DNA of 64,000 bases from an uncultured Alphaproteobacteria bacterium (GCA_943789475.1 CALSUG010000008.1:183053-247052); one strand, 5' to 3'; positions 17,434 through 26,379 are shown, counted from the first letter of the stretch. The notes: generated by a model from the letters alone, not told the origin. Numbers and translations: made by a program.

Positions 17434-18456
17434 TTAGTTAATATTGTAAGCCAATAAAGCCATACGATTATCCGAGTCATCATAGCGTGATACTCTTGTT
17501 AGTCCCACCATCTCGCAAAGTACATCCATTAGATCAACGGAAATTTTGTATGATTGGTCAACAACGAGGCGTTCTCCTTCTTTAATGGTGAAATGTTCAC
17601 CGTCAATAAAGAATGACATCGGTTTTTCAGCCACCAGAACATGGCCTGTAAGTAAAAGATCGTGACCTTTGTATGTCATCGGCTTTGTGTCTGTTTCGTA
17701 ATGCCAAGCATAAGGATCGAAGTCTCCTTCAATAGCAATATCTCTTGTTATGCGGTGCATTAAATTAGCGATTTGTTCGGCATGAAGTGGGTGGTTGTAA
17801 GATTGAATCACAGATTTTGGATCTGTATTGGTGTCAATCGTCATCACCAAATTTCCGCCTTTTCCGATAGCGCGCTTGAATGATTTGAGCAGATCAAGCA
17901 TACCTTCGGGAAACTCTTCAAAATTTGTTGAGGCTCCAAAAAATAACCCAAGAGCTTTACCATGTTTTGCGATTGGCGACATGGCCTCAAAGTCTTCATT
18001 GATGCCTAGAAATTTTAATTTTTTATCAAAATTTGAGCCGATAATTTTTTGCGCTGTCTTTAAAAAAGCATCATTAATATCTACTGCTACATACTGACTG
18101 ATGTTTTTAAAGGCTTTAAGAAGGGGGACTGTTTGTTTTGTGATGACCTCTCCACCACCGACACCAAAATCAATAATGGTTTTTGTGTCTGCAAAGACAT
18201 GTGCAAGTTTGTTAATATTTTGCAATACCAAGTCGCGTTGATTTCTTGTGACATAGTAATCACGATGCAGGGCTGTAAACAAATCCCACAATATACCGCC
18301 ACATACCGCGTCATCATCAGAAAGGCGTTCGCTATAACTCCATTTTCCCATACGTCCCGTTTGTCCGCTTCCATTATTTTGGCGTAGAAACATCTTGGCG
18401 TCTTCTTTCAAAGACTCCTGCGTTGTATCTAGGTGCGATATTTTAGTTGTCTGCAT
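17434..18456 (-). CDS. EgtD-like (Methyltransf_33) SAM-dependent methyltransferase
   Basis: YYVTRNQRDLV and IDFGVGGGE motifs. Start taken at ATG 18454-18456 (MQTTKISHL..). The 77 upstream codons of the track ORF overlap the XRE-domain gene. Confidence 0.6.
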   Translation of the reverse strand: MQTTKISHLDTTQESLKEDAKMFLRQNNGSGQTGRMGKWSYSERLSDDDAVCGGILWDLFTALHRDYYVTRNQRDLVLQNINKLAHVFADTKTIIDFGVGGGEVITKQTVPLLKAFKNISQYVAVDINDAFLKTAQKIIGSNFDKKLKFLGINEDFEAMSPIAKHGKALGLFFGASTNFEEFPEGMLDLLKSFKRAIGKGGNLVMTIDTNTDPKSVIQSYNHPLHAEQIANLMHRITRDIAIEGDFDPYAWHYETDTKPMTYKGHDLLLTGHVLVAEKPMSFFIDGEHFTIKEGERLVVDQSYKISVDLMDVLCEMVGLTRVSRYDDSDNRMALLAYNIN

Positions 18457-19096
18457 GTGTTTTTCCTTTGATAAATGGAATATCGGCATTCTCCCATGCA
18501 ATCTCAAACTGTTTTCTTTGAGCTTCAGCAATGGGTTTGATGTCTTGTACATATACAGAAACATCATCTTCAAATAATATTGTGGCGAGCTTATTGCCAT
18601 ACACATAGAAAGGAACGGCAGAAAAATGTTTTTCTTCAACCCAGCGATAATCAGCATATTCACCACCTGAGAAGTTGGTATCTCCATGTTTAATTAAAAT
18701 TTTGAAATCTAGATTTGGGACCGATGCCATTTTTTCAGCTTGTTCTTTGTCGGCATCACCAAGCCAATATTCAAATTTAGATTCGTCTACACCACTTACA
18801 CATATAGTGCCGCCTTTACCTTTAACCGTATTGTAAACATCCCAGATAAATTCAAGGAAACCTTCACGTCCAAGATATTCTTTTGTTGTACGGGTGATTT
18901 TTTCAATTTTGTTTCCGGAGACTTCATATCCATTTTCAGCAAAAAATTTGATAATATCTCGAATATTAGAAGCCTTTGTATTGCCGCCTTCTTCGATACG
19001 CTTGATCGTCATTGGGTTTACACCAATCACATCACCAAGGTCTTTTTGAGACATGTTAAGTATATTTCTTGCACCGCGTATATGATTAGATATCAT
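18443..19096 (-). CDS. XRE-type HTH domain protein with an uncharacterised C-terminal domain
   Basis: N-terminal MSQKDLGDVIGVNPMTIKRIEEG HTH; 217 aa. It overlaps the downstream methyltransferase start by 14 nt. Confidence 0.65.
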   Translation of the reverse strand: MISNHIRGARNILNMSQKDLGDVIGVNPMTIKRIEEGGNTKASNIRDIIKFFAENGYEVSGNKIEKITRTTKEYLGREGFLEFIWDVYNTVKGKGGTICVSGVDESKFEYWLGDADKEQAEKMASVPNLDFKILIKHGDTNFSGGEYADYRWVEEKHFSAVPFYVYGNKLATILFEDDVSVYVQDIKPIAEAQRKQFEIAWENADIPFIKGKTHADN

Positions 19097-19239
19097 AAAA
19101 GTTTCCTTTTTATAAACGTTTTTTTACTAAAAGACAAATATAGTATATTTTCATCAATTAATCAATAAAAAACTATACTTATTAACCTCTCGTTAAGGTG
19201 TTATGTATTATATTTATTTTCATAAGGCGGTATTTGGTA

Positions 19240-19263
19240 TCGTATAACCACAACGTCAGTAAC
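19240..19263 (+). repeat. conserved element, copy B
   Basis: TCGTATAACCACAACGTCAGTAAC, 16 nt upstream of ATG 19279. Confidence 0.55.
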
Positions 19264-19278
19264 TAAAAGGGAAGAACA

Positions 19279-19761
19279 ATGAGTAAAATATTAAAAGCAA
19301 GAAAGTCAAAACACTTTCAAAATTTGATTGCAAAAGCATTACGTGCAAAGAGCAATACAAATATTCAAGGCGATATGAGCTTTGCGGAAATGCAAGCCAA
19401 ACGCGATGAAACATTAAATCACTTATATGATGTGGCTTTGGCGGCATCGGATCATAAACAAGCACAACAAATTGTTGATATTGTTAAATTGGGATTACGT
19501 GGTGATGAATTTGTCGATGCAATGCCAATCATGGCCATTGGTGATGTGATGGCTCATATGCGCGGTCAGGTTCGTGAAGCCATCAAACAGGTGCGATCTT
19601 ATAAAACAATTGAATCGGTTGTTGAATTGGATAAGGCGCGTGCGTGTCAAAATTGCGAGAATATGATTGCTGTCTATTTCATGGTGCATAAGGCTTATTA
19701 CACATTATATAAGCGTTTTATGGCCACGGTAGAACGTCCAGCATATTGGGATGTTTTATAA
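19279..19761 (+). CDS. hypothetical protein (160 aa)
   Basis: Track ORF with RBS AAGGGAAG; followed 16 nt later by the XRE gene with RBS GGGGAGGATGG. Confidence 0.45.
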   Translation: MSKILKARKSKHFQNLIAKALRAKSNTNIQGDMSFAEMQAKRDETLNHLYDVALAASDHKQAQQIVDIVKLGLRGDEFVDAMPIMAIGDVMAHMRGQVREAIKQVRSYKTIESVVELDKARACQNCENMIAVYFMVHKAYYTLYKRFMATVERPAYWDVL

Positions 19762-19776
19762 GGGGAGGATGGAGCA

Positions 19777-20163
19777 ATGATTGAAAAAACAGAAAAACAA
19801 TATAAGCGCGACATTGGATCACGTATTATGATTGAGCGTCAACGTATGGGGCTGTCACAAAAAGAATTAGGATCATACATTGGAGTCTCAGGTCAACAAA
19901 TGCAACGGTATGAGAATGGCCTGAGCAGTATGGCCACGCATAAAATGGCAATTTGCGCCAAGGCTTTGAATAAACCCGTGGGATACTTCTATGGTGATGG
20001 TAATGATGAAAATGTGCCAACAACATCCAACATTTTAAAGCTGGCCTCTGAAATAGATCAACTTCCCGAAGAAGGCATGGATGTGATTTTAAACATGATG
20101 CGTAACTTAAATCGTGTGGCAGAGTTATATGCCGAGGTCGAAAGAAGAGAACAAGTCGCATAG
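19777..20163 (+). CDS. XRE-family helix-turn-helix transcriptional regulator
   Basis: HTH segment LSQKELGSYIGVSGQQMQRYENG. Confidence 0.75.
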   Translation: MIEKTEKQYKRDIGSRIMIERQRMGLSQKELGSYIGVSGQQMQRYENGLSSMATHKMAICAKALNKPVGYFYGDGNDENVPTTSNILKLASEIDQLPEEGMDVILNMMRNLNRVAELYAEVERREQVA

Positions 20164-20190
20164 TAGTATCACTAAAAGCTTCCCCCACGA

Positions 20191-20225
20191 ATAGCCTGTG
20201 CCAAATCGGTGCAGGCTATTTTTTA
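20191..20225 (+). terminator. intrinsic terminator
   Basis: 12-bp stem (20191-20202 pairs with 20208-20219, with two G.U pairs), 5-nt loop, T-run to 20225. Confidence 0.7.
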
Positions 20226-20283
20226 TTATCATTAACGGGGTTACAAAATATCCTTAACCTTTGTAGGGCGATCATAAATTGTT

Positions 20284-20560
20284 TTGAAAATTGCGCTGAT
20301 TCACTCATATAACGTTTCTCTTATCTCTGGTGACCGGAAGTTCGTAACCACAACGTCAGTAAATGGTCGGCAGTCTTTAGGCCAAAGCCCTGGACATACA
20401 CTGCCGCTTCCGGTCGTAAGACAAGAAACAGCATCTGATGTTTTACATGTGCCTGTGATGGGGAGATCAAGGCACCATCTCACGGTTGATGCCAACCGCT
20501 GACGTTATAAACGGAGCTACGAACCTCCAGTATTTCCTACTACCCTAAGTAGTAACAACA
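20284..20560 (+). ncRNA. candidate structured RNA / att-proximal element (unclassified)
   Basis: GC-richer than its surroundings. Nested helices: GACCGGAAG 20332-20340 pairs with CTTCCGGTC 20407-20415; CGGCAGT 20368-20374 pairs with ACTGCCG 20400-20406; GTGCCT 20449-20454 pairs with AGGCAC. Contains element copy C (20341-20370). Strand is uncertain. Confidence 0.3.
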
Positions 20561-20621
20561 ACCGTATCATGCATCAATTAAATCCATAATGCAAAATATT
20601 CTTAGGTGCGCTGGTCTATGG

Positions 20622-21926
20622 TTAAAACGCGAATGTTTGAATGGCTTCCAATTTTTCTTCTAATGATGGTTCGCCATATTCCATTTCTTTAAAGTCATGC
20701 CCCATCAGCACGCATTGAATGCGTCGATTAATCTTATTTTGGCGCAAGAAATCTTGGAAGCTGTGCCGTATCGAATAGAGCGGCGTTTGTCCTTCTTCCA
20801 ACGGGATATTGTTATCCTTATAATATTTGCACAAGCATGACGATAGACTTGAAGATTTACGGTAGTATTTTTTGAAGCCGTGGGGGAAGTCTTTCATGAT
20901 TTCGAGAGAAAGACCTGTTAGCGGAATAATGCGATTACTTTGTTTGGATTTGCGTTCTTCATCCATTTTCTCACGCACAATAACGTGGGGTATATCGTGA
21001 TTCAAAACAATGTCATCTTTATCAAACCCACAAAATTCTGAAGGACGCATGCTAGTATTAAGCATGACAAGCTATGCAGCGCGTGCTTCTTTGTTTAGTT
21101 TTGAAAAGATTTGATCATTCATGATAACGCGCTGAATATACTCTTGCGAGAACGATTTTCTGCGGCGTGTGTCATCTGTAATCCTTAAATCCGCGAATAA
21201 CTTACTTGTATCTATATCAAGCTGTAACTCTCTATTAATTTTTGAAATAACGGCTTTTAATTTTTCAAATTTACGATTAACCGTATGCGCTCTAATCTCG
21301 CCTTTTTCATATCGAGAAATCATTTTATTTTTAAGTTGCATGAGATCGTTCCGATTAATGTCTTGGAGGGCTTTATCACCTGAAATCACAAGCATTTCAT
21401 CAACCACCTGTTCCTTTTCACGAATCCATCGTTTTTTCTGAACATCACTCTTTCTGGCGAGATCTGCGCGACTCACTTCTACCAGCTTTTGAATAGAGCC
21501 CGAAAGCATGATTTGCGGTTCAGAAACACCACCAAGTAAAGCGTCTACCTTTATATTTGATTGTTTTATATCTTGATTGGATATGAGATTTAAGCGCTGG
21601 ATGATTTCTTCAGGCTTTTCTTGGGCTAACACATCTACCGTCACATATTGCAAGCCATAGAGTTGAGCTGTTTTAACAGCCTTGCGATATTTGACATCTT
21701 GTCCATTATCGCCATTAACGGTTAAATCGTCCCATAGGCTTTCCATCTTACTATTCAATTGTATAGATTTTGTTTTTGCAATTTTACGATCGCGTGTTTT
21801 TAAAGATACCTTAATAAGCTTTTTACTTGTCATTTCGACGATGTGTGCGGGCACTCTTCGTCTGTAATAATAAATGCCGTTAGGCGCTAAAAATAGATAG
21901 TCTGTGTGTACCATTTTGTGTCCCAA
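20622..21926 (-). pseudogene. tyrosine recombinase / phage-type integrase with an in-frame TAG
   Basis: Track ORFs 21072..21926 and 20622..21065 are in the same frame, separated by TAG at 21072-21074 (..NKEARAA*LVMLNTSMRPSEF..). The C-terminal part has the catalytic-type motifs MRPSE, RHSFQDF and LMGH..EY. The gene lies adjacent to a tRNA gene. Confidence 0.75.
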
Positions 21927-22038
21927 ACTGTGTGCTAATTTAGGAAAAACGTCAAGAAAAAGAAGGGCGAAAAAGGAGAGTTCTTTGCCTAAGTATTTGA
22001 TTTGTTTTGATAAAAAATATTTTTAGAGAAAAAATAAT

Positions 22039-22112
22039 TGGAGCGGGTGACGGGGATCGAACCCGCACAACCAGCTTGGAAGGCTGGGGCTCTACCATTG
22101 AGCTACACCCGC
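22039..22112 (-). tRNA. tRNA-Gly (anticodon UCC), CCA encoded
   Basis: Minus strand: GCGGGTG TA GCTC AATGGTA GAGC C CCAGC CTTCCAA GCTGG TTGT GCGGG TTCGATC CCCGT CACCCGC T CCA. Full cloverleaf; anticodon loop CT-TCC-AA. Confidence 0.9.
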
Positions 22113-22161
22113 GAAAGGCTATGAAACATGTTTTATAAGGATTTTCTTATAAGCGCAAGTG

Positions 22162-22197
22162 CAAAAATAAAGCCCTCTTAAAAAAAGAGGGCTTTTA
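22162..22197 (-). terminator. intrinsic terminator
   Basis: 8-bp stem AGCCCTCT/AGAGGGCT (22171-22178 pairs with 22086+100=22186-22193) flanked by A/T runs, downstream of the 22204..23064 gene. Confidence 0.6.
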
Positions 22198-22203
22198 AAA
22201 TGA

Positions 22204-23064
22204 CTATCCTGTCTCTTGATCAGGGAATTTAACTTTTAACCCTGCAGGCGGTTTTGCAAATTCGGCGTACGCAGAACCACCGCGTTTAACCAACTCAACG
22301 AAATCAAAACGCGATCCGTCAGGCATTTCCCAACCAGATGATCCTTTGGCCAAGCAAAATTCACCATCACGAACACTGAAAATACCTTCGCCAACCGTAA
22401 CATATTGAATACGACCGTTAATCATAACCGTACGGCGTTCACCTTTGTGCGCTTCTATATCTTTTACAGGGACAGTTGTTTTGAGGTTTCCGTATCCATC
22501 GTTATACACGATTGTGTTTTTCGGGAAATCGTCGGGCACATTGTCCGTGGCGTCATCACCCAAAATTGACCAATCTTCACGAAGAACAGCACCCAAAATT
22601 TTAGGATAATTATCACGAGAGCGGAATTGTGTTTTGTCGTTATCAACTTTTACAATGCGGATTTCTTCGGCAAATGGCTTCATCAATGTTGCGCTATAAC
22701 CGCTATTCACTGTAATAACCTGTACACCATTTTTAAGGCGTAGGTAAATGAATGGTTCACCTGCATTTTTTTGGCGAGCCGTTAGATCATCTTTACGGGG
22801 TGCAACATTATTGTAAATGATGTGATTGGAACCTAGTGGAGAGTTGATTGCCAATTGTGCGGTCAAGAATGCATTTTCAACACTGTTGAATGCACGAACA
22901 GGTGTTACATCGATGTGATAGTCAAGATATTCACCTTGTTCAAATTTTTCAGCCTGTATAGGACGAGCTTGATTGTGAAGTCTGTCTTCAACTTCGGAAA
23001 AGGCAAGGTCGCCTGATGCGCCGTAATCAGCCATCAAACGGATATATTTTTGAGTTAATTTCAT
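22204..23064 (-). CDS. divergent DUF62-like (SAM hydroxide adenosyltransferase / halogenase-fold) protein
   Basis: Loose matches to family landmarks: ADYGASGDLAF (cf. TDFGxxDxYVG), FRSRDNYP (cf. FHGRDxFAP), NDGYGNLKTT (cf. DxFGNxxTN). The DPGVG segment is replaced by NVAPR. Confidence 0.3.
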   Translation of the reverse strand: MKLTQKYIRLMADYGASGDLAFSEVEDRLHNQARPIQAEKFEQGEYLDYHIDVTPVRAFNSVENAFLTAQLAINSPLGSNHIIYNNVAPRKDDLTARQKNAGEPFIYLRLKNGVQVITVNSGYSATLMKPFAEEIRIVKVDNDKTQFRSRDNYPKILGAVLREDWSILGDDATDNVPDDFPKNTIVYNDGYGNLKTTVPVKDIEAHKGERRTVMINGRIQYVTVGEGIFSVRDGEFCLAKGSSGWEMPDGSRFDFVELVKRGGSAYAEFAKPPAGLKVKFPDQETG

Positions 23065-23091
23065 GTGGGTTCGCTTCTTTTGTTGTTATGT

Positions 23092-23814
23092 TTACTGGAA
23101 GTCTAAAAATTTATACTCTTTTATGATCATGTGATCAATGAGAGATTTAAAAGTGTTGAGGGTTTCTTCTTGATCGTGAAAAATTGTAATGTTTCCATTA
23201 AATTTTTTCATATCGGATTGATCTAGGCGGTGTTTTAAATCATCGATATTGTTACAATTCCATTTCCCGATATGACGATCGGTTAACATCCAATCAAAGG
23301 ATGTATATGTCATCAGACAGTCGACGGCAGATGCAATTGATTTATTTTTATAAAGCGGGTGATTGGTTTTAAAGGGTTGTGTGAAATCGTTTTCGTGAAG
23401 GTAGGTTTGGATTTTTTGAACCTTTTCATCCATGCTAATATCAACATCGGAGACTGTTTCAAAATATCGTTCAATACGATCACCATCCCCACGATCTAGA
23501 TAGGGAAAACGGAAATATTTCCCAGGGCGTTTGACGTTCGCTTGTTCATATGTTTTGTCGATTATCCTATCGCATTTTTCTATATCGTCGATGGCTTGTT
23601 CATATGTGTATTCACCAAATGGTTTGTGTGCATATGAATGATTACCAATCACAAATCCATTTTTAATCGCGCGGATAATGGGGGCAAGATTACCCTCTAA
23701 CAAATCACCGCGCACGAATAACAGCGCAGGAATTTTTTTGTCGACTAAATAATCTATCATTTCATCCGTATGGGATGATGGGGAATCGTCAATGGTCAGA
23801 TAACATGACGTCAT
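23092..23814 (-). CDS. polysaccharide deacetylase (NodB homology domain)
   Basis: LTIDDSPS (TFDD motif) and GNHSYAH (HSxxH motif). Confidence 0.7.
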   Translation of the reverse strand: MTSCYLTIDDSPSSHTDEMIDYLVDKKIPALLFVRGDLLEGNLAPIIRAIKNGFVIGNHSYAHKPFGEYTYEQAIDDIEKCDRIIDKTYEQANVKRPGKYFRFPYLDRGDGDRIERYFETVSDVDISMDEKVQKIQTYLHENDFTQPFKTNHPLYKNKSIASAVDCLMTYTSFDWMLTDRHIGKWNCNNIDDLKHRLDQSDMKKFNGNITIFHDQEETLNTFKSLIDHMIIKEYKFLDFQ

Positions 23815-24749
23815 AATGTAGTTAACCCAAGTAAAGGTAATTCATCATGAAGAACGTAATGAACAGGACAACTATCTAGCTGTTTTTTTACGACATCAAC
23901 CATTTCAGGTCGGAAATATAGTGAAAAACTATCCCAATCGACCAAGTCATATTTAATAAGGTAATCAATCACACCACCTGTTAAATATACTCCACCATAA
24001 AACCCTGTAATGGACACAAGATTTTGCGCATGAATACCTAAGAATTCAAAAAATAATCGTGATGCATCGGGGTGTTCTTTTAAATGTTCCATAAAATCAG
24101 AATTAGATAAATGGTCATTTTTTTGACCAGAGACATATTCTGTTATCATGCGTAACCCACGTGCGGATACAAAATCTTCCATAATTAAGGCGAGATCTTT
24201 GTCTTTTTGTTTCCCAATGAAGGTTTCTACTTTACGATGTTCTTCCGTGACGATGATAGGAAAAAAATGCCCACCTGCGGTGCGTAATATTGTGCCATTC
24301 ATAATTCCAGCATGACCAGCACCTGTTCCAACTGAAATCAAAATGCGGTGGTCATTGATATTTTCTGTTTTTGAAGGGATTAAGACTTGGCTTTGTTCAG
24401 CACCTAAAACGCGAACTCCATGAGCGCCAGCTTCTAAATCATTAAGGATGATCAAATTGTTCCATTTAAGTTGTGCTTTGATGTTATTGAAATCGATTTT
24501 GTAGTCAGGATCACCTGCAAAACGTTTATATGAAATAACGCCATTTTGCGGTGTGCGTGCCACGGCAAAACGCGCCTCTTGAAATGATAATTGTGTTTCA
24601 TCTACATATTGTTGAACGATATCTTCGAATGATGGAAAATCATGTAAATGATATTTTTTGAAATCCGTATATTCGCCATGTTGTACAAGTTTTGCAAAAC
24701 GTGCATGTGTTCCACCCATATCACATAGTAAAATTTGTTTTTGTGACAT
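23811..24749 (-). CDS. glk: glucokinase
   Basis: N-terminal LLCDMGGTHARFA, plus the size and layout of the Glk family. Confidence 0.7.
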   Translation of the reverse strand: MSQKQILLCDMGGTHARFAKLVQHGEYTDFKKYHLHDFPSFEDIVQQYVDETQLSFQEARFAVARTPQNGVISYKRFAGDPDYKIDFNNIKAQLKWNNLIILNDLEAGAHGVRVLGAEQSQVLIPSKTENINDHRILISVGTGAGHAGIMNGTILRTAGGHFFPIIVTEEHRKVETFIGKQKDKDLALIMEDFVSARGLRMITEYVSGQKNDHLSNSDFMEHLKEHPDASRLFFEFLGIHAQNLVSITGFYGGVYLTGGVIDYLIKYDLVDWDSFSLYFRPEMVDVVKKQLDSCPVHYVLHDELPLLGLTTL

Positions 24750-25654
24750 TAGACAATTCCCTGTTTGTTTTTTTCTAAAATGTCATCTAAGCCGGATTTG
24801 TAATCAGAGTGTTTTAATGTGATACCGAGTTTTTCTTTTATTTTTTTATTGGATACACGTTTATTTTCTTTATAAAAACTACGTGCCATTGGCGACATTC
24901 CTAAATCATCATCATATTGAAGAAGAGGGAGAGGCGTTTTGCCTAACAATTCGCAAGCATAGGATATTAATTCATGACTTTGCGCTGGATTATCATCTGC
25001 CAAATTATACACATCACCAGGTTCTGGGTGTCCCATAGATGCAATTAATATTTGTGTAATGTCATCGACATGAATGCGGTTAAAGGCATGGCCTTCCTTG
25101 TGTACACGTTTTGAATTTCCTGCACGGACCGTACTGATCGCAGATCGGCCAACACCATAAATCCCTGATAGACGAAAAATGTTAATAGGAATACCCGCAA
25201 TGCGACGCATTTTCAGCCATTGTGTTTCAGCTTTTGCGCGTTTTGTTCCGCGTTCGGATGTTGGGCGCATTTCTGCGGTTTCATCAACCCATTCTCCATC
25301 ACGATTACCGTAGACGTTACTGGAGGATAGATAGCCAATCCATTCAACAGTTGGAATTTGTAAAATATCACGTGCATGTGCCTTAAAAACCACATCTCCA
25401 TCCTTGTGTGGAGGTGTGGAAATAAGAATATGAGTGACATCTCTTAAAATAAAAAGAGGATCGTTGAACGGCATTTTGTCTGAAAACAGATATGCCTTGA
25501 TGCCATCTGCGCGCATTTGCGCTAATTTTTCTTTATCGGTTGTTGTTCCGCAAATTTGCCATGAAGGGTCTTGTTCTTTTAGTTCTTTCGCAAGATGCCG
25601 TGCAACATAGCCATATCCAAAGCAGAATAATTTTTTAGGTTGGTTTGTTGTCAT
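24749..25654 (-). CDS. NAD-dependent epimerase/dehydratase family (SDR) protein
   Basis: N-terminal Rossmann motif FCFGYGYVARHLA; 301 aa. Confidence 0.6.
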   Translation of the reverse strand: MTTNQPKKLFCFGYGYVARHLAKELKEQDPSWQICGTTTDKEKLAQMRADGIKAYLFSDKMPFNDPLFILRDVTHILISTPPHKDGDVVFKAHARDILQIPTVEWIGYLSSSNVYGNRDGEWVDETAEMRPTSERGTKRAKAETQWLKMRRIAGIPINIFRLSGIYGVGRSAISTVRAGNSKRVHKEGHAFNRIHVDDITQILIASMGHPEPGDVYNLADDNPAQSHELISYACELLGKTPLPLLQYDDDLGMSPMARSFYKENKRVSNKKIKEKLGITLKHSDYKSGLDDILEKNKQGIV

Positions 25655-25689
25655 GAGGCTTCTTTTTTCGTCCTTTTCATGTGTGTTGA

Positions 25690-26379
25690 TTAAAAATTAA
25701 CGTCAGTATAATGGGTTGATGGGGCATAACTTGGCACGCGATCTTCTAATAATGTTTTAAAAGACGGGCGTGATTTTACACGGCAATACCATGATTTTGC
25801 GATAGGGTGATCATCCCACGGAACATCCCCTAAATAATCAATTGAAGATAAATGCGCGGCGGCGGCCAAATCGGCATAACTGATCTGATCACCAGCCAGC
25901 CACCTGCGCCGTTCAATAAGGTAGGCGATGTAATCAAGATGATAATGAATATTGGCATGTCCTGCACGAACAGATGGACCATGAGGTTCACCTAATTTTA
26001 AAAATCGTTTCATCATTTTTTCACCGATTAAATATTCGGTTACTTCACGATTAAATTTCACGTCAAACCATCCGACAACACGCCGTACCTCAGCACGATC
26101 AACAGGGTCATCTCCTAATAAGGATGTGTTCGAATAAACCTCGTCTAAATATTCGCAAATAACGGCACTATTTGCCAAAATTGTGCCATCTTCTTCTATC
26201 ATTAGTGGTACATCACCAGCTGGATTCATAGCCATATACTCGGTACGGCGTTCCCATGTTTTTTCAATAATGGCTTCATGTTTTAGGTTTTTTTCACCAA
26301 GCGCAAGACGAACCTTGCGTGAATGTGGGTGAAGCCATAGATGGAAAAGAGTTCTCATAACATGAAAATAATACCTCAA
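25690..26379 (-). CDS. glutathione S-transferase family protein
   Basis: Thioredoxin-like N-domain (SRKVRLAL..., VPLMIEEDGTILANSAVICEYL) and a helical C-domain. Confidence 0.7.
   Translation of the reverse strand: MRYYFHVMRTLFHLWLHPHSRKVRLALGEKNLKHEAIIEKTWERRTEYMAMNPAGDVPLMIEEDGTILANSAVICEYLDEVYSNTSLLGDDPVDRAEVRRVVGWFDVKFNREVTEYLIGEKMMKRFLKLGEPHGPSVRAGHANIHYHLDYIAYLIERRRWLAGDQISYADLAAAAHLSSIDYLGDVPWDDHPIAKSWYCRVKSRPSFKTLLEDRVPSYAPSTHYTDVNF

Noticed and set aside
18457-18687. The N-terminal 77 codons of track ORF 17434..18687.
   Set aside because: This extension overlaps the XRE-domain gene in another frame and is hydrophobic nonsense. The conserved methyltransferase sequence begins at the internal ATG 18454-18456.
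20284-20502. ORFs 20284..20502 (+) and 20301..20495 (-) considered as protein genes.
   Set aside because: They are mutually antisense and lie in a GC-rich, helix-rich region. They have no RBS and no protein-like motifs, so I treat the region as a candidate structured RNA/DNA element instead.
20284-20560. The idea that this block is a tmRNA (a frequent island target) or a second tRNA.
   Set aside because: I could find no tRNA-like acceptor/T-arm, no 3' CCA context and no tag-peptide reading frame ending in ..AA-stop.
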